Below, in pieces: positions 56,869 to 64,000 of a stretch of DNA of 64,000 nucleotides (its first letter is position 1; each line of letters starts with the position of its first letter). The notes below the pieces were generated by a model, which had not been told where the DNA came from, did no database searches, and saw nothing but the letters and a program-made list of their open reading frames with translations. The stretch comes from Ramazzottius varieornatus (Eukaryota > Animalia > Tardigrada): the NCBI GenBank assembly GCA_001949185.1, contig BDGG01000003.1:3207158-3271157 (forward strand). Direction: 5' to 3'. The translations under genes were made by a program, and so were the position numbers.

Positions 56869-58863
56869 ATGGACGAGGCCGCTGCCAGCCGGATAGGCTG
56901 GGATAGCTGAATAAATCCGTTATTCTTGCTAATGGACTTGAGTCCTTCATTCCCATTGATTCTCCATAGCGATTAGGGGCATATGAATTTCGAGTGTGAA
57001 GCTTCTCCTTGGAATTGAACTATCGTTGGGGACAGAATATACTTTCACCGTCGGCAGTGACGAAAACTCGAGCCGGTCGGACATGGACCGCCAGCGTACG
57101 TGAAACTTCATTTTACAGCAAAATTTTTTGTTACAAAGGGGTATGAATGACAATTGTGTGCGCTTTCAGAAGACCGACTGCTCGAAGTTTTCTGCCAGGT
57201 GTGTGGAGACCGCTCCAGTGGGAAGCACTATGGGATCTTCAGCTGTGACGGATGCTCGGGGTTCTTCAAACGGAGTATTCACAAGTATAAATGTTTCCCC
57301 TAATTTCGCAGGGATCTTGCAGAAGTACTTCGAATGTTTCTTTTGCAGAAATCGAGCCTATACATGCAAGAACAAGCCTTCTGCAAGGTCGAAGTGCGTC
57401 ATCGATAAAACTCACCGGAACCAGTGTCGGGCATGCCGGCTGGAACGATGTCTGGAAGCCGGCATGAACAAGAATGGTGAGTTTGGAGCTTTCCCAGAAT
57501 ACTTTGTGGGTATTTTCCTTTTGACCTTCATGACAAAGCAATAGATAAGGTGAAAAAAATATACAGTCGATAATTGTGGATCTATTGCGATCGAGTTTGC
57601 ACATCAGCGATTTCTCACATCTGACACTTGTCAACTCTCGTGATCATACAAGAGGTCCTTCGGATCGGTATGTCGATATAAAAGAAGCGTTTAGACGCTT
57701 TGTTTGGGCGGATTGCTCTAGAGATTAGCTGTCCAAACTTTGATGGACTTGACGAGCATGTGCGGCGTAAGATCCTGATTCCCACGCACATTTCCCTTTC
57801 ACAAAATCGATGGCCTGCTCTTTTCCAGCTAATTTCCCGCCTCCATCTGTCTTTAGCTACTCTTCTACCGATCTTTATGCATTATTAACGAAGCGTTAAA
57901 TCTCGTGGATAACGAACTTTCTTCCTCACCATATAGCTCTTCAGCACGAAAGGGGTCCTCGGCGCCCAAAGACTATTGACCACGCCCAGTCCAACAGCAG
58001 CGAAAACGGCAGTGATGCCTTTGTCGCTACATACCTGAAGCAAATGGGTCTCGAAGAACTGGAAAACAAACTGTATGAGAACAACAATGGTGAAATCGCG
58101 GAAGTGATAAGTCTGGTCAGACAATGTGTTGGAGTCCTGTACGAAACTGTGCTGTGGGTGGCGCAAATTGGAAACGCGATTCCCGTCCGCGATCAGGTCA
58201 GTCATCCATCATTGCTGAACTACGTATTATCGACCATAGCAAACACAGAGGAATCCAAGGGGGAAATGATCTAACTAAGCTCTAATATTATCTGACAATA
58301 TCTGTTCCAGATCCTGCTGCTGTACGAGTCGTGGCATGAGTTGTTCCTGGTTGGTCTCTTCAACAAGCTGCGCACTACACCGATCCAGCAGACTCTACCC
58401 GGTCTACAAATCAGTGGAGCTCTGGAAGACCAGTGGTACATCATAACGACCGTCTTGAACAAGCTGAAAGGGTTCAAGCTGGATTTGGTGGCCATGGGGC
58501 GCTTCAAGCAGCTGGTGTTTCTACGTTACGGTATGGCGAACCGGGAGATCTTACTTCACAGCTTCGGTTGGTTTCAGTTTCGGTTTTGCTCTCGTAGACG
58601 CACATGGAATGCAGTATCCGTGCTCAGTACATATTGAAAACTTACAAACGCAGGCTCAGATGATGCTGCGTGAACACTTGCTGTACGACAACCTCAAGTT
58701 TGGGAAGATGTTGCTGACCGTCGGCGATCTGCGAGATGTAGAAGCCCGTAGCGTACGAAGTATCTTTTTCCACCACTGCCCCAACTTTGAAGGGTTATTA
58801 CAAGCTATAATTACGGAAGTATTTCGAATACATCCAGTACCGCTCTGTCGTAGGTATAATTAG
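56869..58863 (+). CDS. tll-like: Nuclear receptor, tailless/NR2E group
   Basis: [29 protein letters not shown]; [17 protein letters not shown]; QHERGPR T-box; divergent LBD ([20 protein letters not shown]). Confidence 0.88.
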
Positions 58864-58994
58864 TTGATATCGAAGCTGTCAAAATACACAGTACGAGACG
58901 CAATACGCTGTCTAACCTCGATAGCTGCAGTACAAATTTCAGTGTGAAATAATCTCAACATGTAAAGTGCACAAAGCCGTGCTGGTCGAAATGT

Positions 58995-59201
58995 TTATAA
59001 GAAGACCCGAAAAATGGTGGTGCTCCATAAAAATATGGTCACAGGGAGAAGAACAGCAATGAGCTGGATACCGGGATCGTACATTCCGCCAGCCGAACAC
59101 TTTGGTAAGACAGGTTTTTCGGTAGGATCAGCGCAATCTCCCGCCATGGCTAAAGCAGCAAATTGTAAGACAGCGATCCATAGCCTTGTTCTGTCTATCA
59201 T
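58995..59201 (-). CDS. Putative small membrane- or GPI-anchored peptide (68 aa)
   Basis: N-terminal signal-like segment, two Cys, C-terminal hydrophobic segment; no homology recognised. Confidence 0.4.
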   Translation of the reverse strand: MIDRTRLWIAVLQFAALAMAGDCADPTEKPVLPKCSAGGMYDPGIQLIAVLLPVTIFLWSTTIFRVFL

Positions 59202-59660
59202 TGTCCTCGCTATTTAGCTTTTCTTGAATACGTATTTCCGAGAACCGGAAGTAATGCGCGGCGATGACGGAGCAGTTGTCGGGTGACACGAACGAAGTAT
59301 TGACAAGGGTTTATAGTATATCTAGAAAATTACTGCAGGGTTATGGTCTCCGAAACTGTTGGTTTCGCACAAAGTAAAGGCCGAAGCTCGGGATTTTTAT
59401 ACGGCTGACAGGCAGACAGGGCAGAGTTTTCCCGTTGCTTGGAGTTCTCGAAAGAGAGAGACCAGGGTATCGTGCGGAAGCCTTCCGCACACCCAATCCG
59501 TTTCTCGACGTGGAGAAAGCAAGTGTTACGAAGTTAGCGGTTGCCGGTCATTATGCGGGCTTTGGTCCTAACCGTTTATCCAACAAGCTTAGGTTTGGTG
59601 CTTGTAACTTGCTCGCTTGCTCGCACTGTGATTATGACCGATGAGAGCGAGAATAAAAAA

Positions 59661-59733
59661 TGTCCCTGCCCGGGTTCGAACCGGGGATCTTCTGCGTGTA
59701 AAGCAGACGTGATAACCACTACACCACAAGGAC
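59661..59733 (-). tRNA. trnV-TAC: tRNA-Val (anticodon TAC)
   Basis: GTCCTTGTGGTGTAGTGGTTATCACGTCTGCTTTACACGCAGAAGATCCCCGGTTCGAACCCGGGCAGGGACA: cloverleaf, A and B boxes, followed by a T6 Pol III terminator. Confidence 0.95.
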
Positions 59734-60192
59734 TCAATTATGAACGACCAAGCTTTTATTGATGGAGCTGCACTTACTGTGCTTGACTTCTATGAGAGAA
59801 AACGCCCATGGAGCTAAAATTCTACAGTAAATCGTGATCGTAAACGACAACAGATTCTTCCATCGATGGGAACCCAAAGATTAATGTTGGGTATTTAACG
59901 ACTTAGTTCACTGGAGTATCAGCAATAACGGTCATGTCCCAGTGATTGCGAATGTCTGTACTCTTTATCATAATGTGGCTTCAAGGCAGTTCCATCTCGC
60001 GAGAGCGCTCCGCCTCGATTTATTTCCTGATATTCTCTTTTCATTGCACACAGACAGTATCAACCGAAACTTCACACCAATTTTACTAACGACATGTTCA
60101 TCGAGGCATCTGATCCGATACAAGAATCTGGATGTGATCATTGACAAGAAAATCTGCGTAGTCTGCTTAGTATTTCTTGAAGGGCCTTCTAC

Positions 60193-62816
60193 TCAGAATG
60201 CGTTCTGCGCGATCCATTCAGAGTATGATGCCACCTGCAAAAACCCATGTTGAAAGGTGCACTGGATGCCTTACTGCTTTGCAAATCACAAAGTGCGCGT
60301 GAGATCTTCGCACATACCCTCACATATGCCGCTGGAGTGGAAGAACTTCCGGTACAGCTGAAGGCGACAGAGTTAATGCCAGATAGCTGCCACTGTCCAT
60401 TGTTGTTTTTGCAGACCAGAGGAGCGGCTGTAAGGAAGAAATAAATATCAACTCCTGATTTTTCACGGTCATTCCAATCGGCGGAAGTCGAACATAGTCC
60501 ATACCGTTGTCTCCGTAGCAAAGAGTTCCAGATAGACTCGCGCAGATGGATCTCTGGTCAACGATGACGGGCGATGCGTTTGAGCCAGTGTTCCACGAGC
60601 ATCTGCTGTTGGCCACAACTGTAGCGGTCAAGTTTTTTACCGTTTGAGCTGCAAAGAAAACCACATCACCATAAAGCTAATCGTTCTGGAATCGGTGCGT
60701 CTAGTATTCCGTACAGTAGCTGTTGATATTTTGAGCGGCTGTTCGTCCCCAACCCAAAGTGGTGCAGCTTTTTCCTTCGACCGCCACGTTGTCATTTCCG
60801 CCGGCAGGTGGCAGACAGAAAGGAGCAATAGCCTCCCTAAAGAGCATACCATTCTCTTGTTTACTTCGAGGCGGATGAAGTTCGAACCAACTTCCGTGCT
60901 TGGACGAGGTACTTACTGGATGGGCACGGGAGTCTTCAGTTTGAGGAGAGCCAAGTTATTCGCAAGGGTCTTTGGGTCGAAACCTGGGTGCATCTTGATC
61001 TGTTCGATCTGGGCCACGTTGACAGACTCGGAGTGCTTGGCAGCTCCCATCTTGGCCAGGAACCAACTGGGTTTGTTGTCCATTCTGCAAAAAGGGGATA
61101 TGTCCATCTCGTGCTCGGCCATGGTAAGCTATACCAAAGAGTTACCGGTGGAAGGGGTGAGCAGCTGTCAGGACATATTGGTTGTTGATCAGAGCGCCAC
61201 CACAATGAATTTGTCCATCGATGTTGGTGATGGCCACTCCACCGGGAAGATGCTTGCGGGCTTGCTCGGCAGGGTAAGCTCCGCACGCCTCGCGACAATA
61301 ACTCTGCGGTCAACGAAAATGTTTGGTAACATATCCAACCTATCGACTTGGGTATGATCGTGGTAGGAAGGTACCAACCTCATCTTGACCAGTAGGACAC
61401 TGGGCAGTACCATCGCAGAGTTGTCGGTCTTCGTAGCAAACGTCTTCTTGGTCGTCGCTAGCCTTGTCCGTGCACAAATGGGTACCTCGGCAAGATTCTG
61501 CAAAGCAGGAAACTTCCGTAAAAGTCGCAGACCAAACTGATTTTCCAAATTCTAGTTGAAAAAACAATATGGAACGAATTCCAATTTTGGAAATGAATCG
61601 AACAGGATCGTTGTCTCAAGTGGTGCATGCTCTTATTGTCAATGGCGGAAACTGCGCGCCACTTGGGAAGACAATGTTGAACTCATTTGCCGACATCCCA
61701 ATTTACCTTCAATGACTAGCGAGTATCCTTTTCCGTTGGTGTATTCGTCGGAAGTATAAGTAATGTACATCGAGTTGCCAGTCGATCGTACATTTTGAGG
61801 TCCGTTGGTACCACAGAAACGCCCCAGGACCGGTGCGGCAGCGGAAGCTCCGTCATGGACATTGACGTAATCGTAGCGGCAGCCCAGGATTCCTTCGATG
61901 GCGAACCGAGTAGCAGAGACCTTCAAGGGCCTCCCACTCTTCGAGGTGTACTTGTAGGCGCAGTTAGAGAACGAAGGCAGTTGGCCGTTGCTCTTATAGT
62001 TGATGACTTGGTGGCGCTTGTCGACGACCACTTCTTCATTACAGGTGGTACCACTTGGTGCTGGGCCAGTACTGATGGCATACGCCAAATCGAAACCGGT
62101 GGCGGTTCCAGAAGAGTCGGTGCAGAATTCAACGATCAGCTGGTTGCCGCTTGAGGTGAAAGCCTCAGGAGCTGTGAAACCACAGTAAGGTCCATAGAAA
62201 GTGGTGGATGGGACGGCAGACTGGGACGTGCATGGAGCCCTTCCGGAAACAGTTGAGACGGCAGCCGAGTCGTAGATGATCAGATAGTCGAACGAGCACC
62301 TGTACACCAGGAAATATGTGCAGGTTGTCCCAGTCGCCAGGTATTCAACAGGCACAATGCAACTCACCTAGAGTTATATTCGATGTCGAATCGCTCTGGA
62401 AAGTTCACCGCGATGGTCTGCAAAAGTAAGACCGTAAGAGTTTTTCTGTCATCGCTGCTGATGGTGTCGGAAAAGCGAATAAAGAAGTTCTACAGTTGTT
62501 TTTCCCCCACTGGTCTACGGAGAGTTCTGTTCATATCAGTAATACCTGCCCAGCAGGTGCGTTTAAGGACCAACGGCACTTTAGGTTATTTCCGTATGGT
62601 TGGGCGGAACCCAGCTGTTGCGTTGTATTCAGCACGTCGAGAACGGCATTGCTGGGACATCCGTCTGGAAAAGAAAGGCCATTCAACAGACAACCTTGAC
62701 AGAATTATCGTCTTCCTCGTAGATTTACTTCTCCCCTCAGGGAGCTTACTTTGGGCAGAGCACGCTCCAGCGATGAGGGCGAGGCACATAACCGAAATCC
62801 CAAAACGAGCCGCCAT
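60193..62816 (-). CDS. Secreted CUB-CUB-LDLa-trypsin-like serine protease homologue (catalytically inactive)
   Basis: Signal MAARFGISVMCLALIAGACSA; CUB motifs CSFDYLIIYD..YCG and CRYDYVNVHDG..FCG; LDLa LCDGTAQCPTGQDE; trypsin-like CGGALINNQYVLTAAH, NNLALLKL, CYGDNG. Confidence 0.85.
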
Positions 62817-63435
62817 CTTGACTTCCGGGTGTTTTTAGTATTGAAGAACCCAACCGAAGACGCACAAAGAAGTGAAGTGCGCAAGCGACCTTCAGCTTGT
62901 TTGATCGCCTTACGGAAAGTCAGTTCCAAAAGTGGAACATTATCTGTTAGTGGTATCCGGCCATTGTCAGTGCCCAGATTTGCGACGCACAATGTGACTT
63001 TGGGCAACTCTGCTATGCGGGTACTCCATTGTACCGTCGTATCTAGTCCGATATGAATGATATGGACGTAATCGATGCGTCGTAATGGGGAACTTCGTGT
63101 AAAGTGATCACTACAGAGTAAAGTGATCACTACTGTTAGGTGCAGAGAGGGATAGTCAAAGTGCAAACAGAACAGAAGTTCGGAAGTATGGACAGCAATA
63201 AATAACAACGGGAATAGCATAAAAAGAGAAAAAGCGAACGGATGCTGTCTGCTTGCCTATCAAGACATCCCACAAAACGCCGATAAAAAACACATGTGCA
63301 CCGACCAACAGGTAACAAGATAAATAGATAAAAGTAAAATAATTGACACATCCCGCGAAGTAGTGAATCGCTAATAATGTCAGCCAAAAGTCCTTCGTAC
63401 GACGGTACGAGAAAAGGGATACGCAAAGAAATATC

Positions 63436-64000
63436 TTAGTTCTTCTTCGAAAAATCCAGAACTTGATCCTCCTCGCCATTGTCCATCTGGACATCCTCGT
63501 CGTCCATATTGCTGGCAATGACCAGTTTGCTGTCCAAGTCGTTCCCAGCACCGTCCATCTCGTCATCGGCAGTCTCAATGGAGACACCGTTGTTGACGTG
63601 GTTCGACTCGGCCTTCTCACGAGATTCCTTCCGGCTTCCGTGTCCGTTCTCCCTCGGGTCCCTCAACGAACTCGACGATGGCATGGGATCTAAAGCGAAG
63701 GCGAACATTTTACTGTAAACACTGCGAATTTGAAGTCTATTCAAACCAAAAGTTTCATACTGGTTGTATGTAGGACCTAGACAAACAGAATCGACAAGTT
63801 GTTCCCGCAAGTGGCACACGCCTCCAGCTAATAACAATGAAAGATAATGCGCCACTTGGGGAAGCAGTCTTGTTGAGTCCGTCAGTCGAGAGTTTATTTG
63901 TCGTCACAAACCAATTAATTGTGAACAAAGAGTATGTTCTACCATTAAGACAGACGGATCTACTGTACCTTCCTTCTCCAGACCTTTCAATGAAGGCGGG
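63436..64000 (-). CDS. 3' exons of an unidentified gene running off the window end; acidic tail ending VLDFSKKN
   Basis: Donor near 63968, acceptor near 63692, acidic low-complexity terminal exon; VLDFS resembles a CtBP-binding PxDLS-type motif. Confidence 0.5.

Overview
Gene-dense metazoan genomic DNA with short GT-AG introns and roughly balanced GC. By inference it is a compact invertebrate genome, plausibly a tardigrade; the sequence alone cannot prove this. Conserved genes: tryptophan hydroxylase (5' part), G-alpha i/o, a kainate-type glutamate receptor, two PMP3/UPF0057 proteolipids, SPATA6-like, an ENPP1/3-type ecto-enzyme, TAF12 (two near-identical copies), an mTERF-like protein, AF9/ENL, a tailless/NR2E receptor, tRNA-Val(TAC) and a catalytically dead CUB-CUB-LDLa-trypsin protein. 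A transposon hotspot at about 42-54.4 kb holds hAT elements, nested MITEs, a foldback and a 979-bp duplication. Two unexplained features stand out. (1) A cluster of three genes for long, hydrophilic, disordered proteins with mitochondrial-type presequences. One carries repeated internal MPP-like cleavage motifs and a Dsup/LEA-like helix; another is a ~927-aa G/S/Q/Y prion-like protein whose first exon is missing from the ORF track. (2) About 18 copies of a ~120-bp palindrome, nearly all in introns, with a conserved inverted CAAGTGGCGCA core pair held about 27 bp apart and outer arms that co-vary within each copy.
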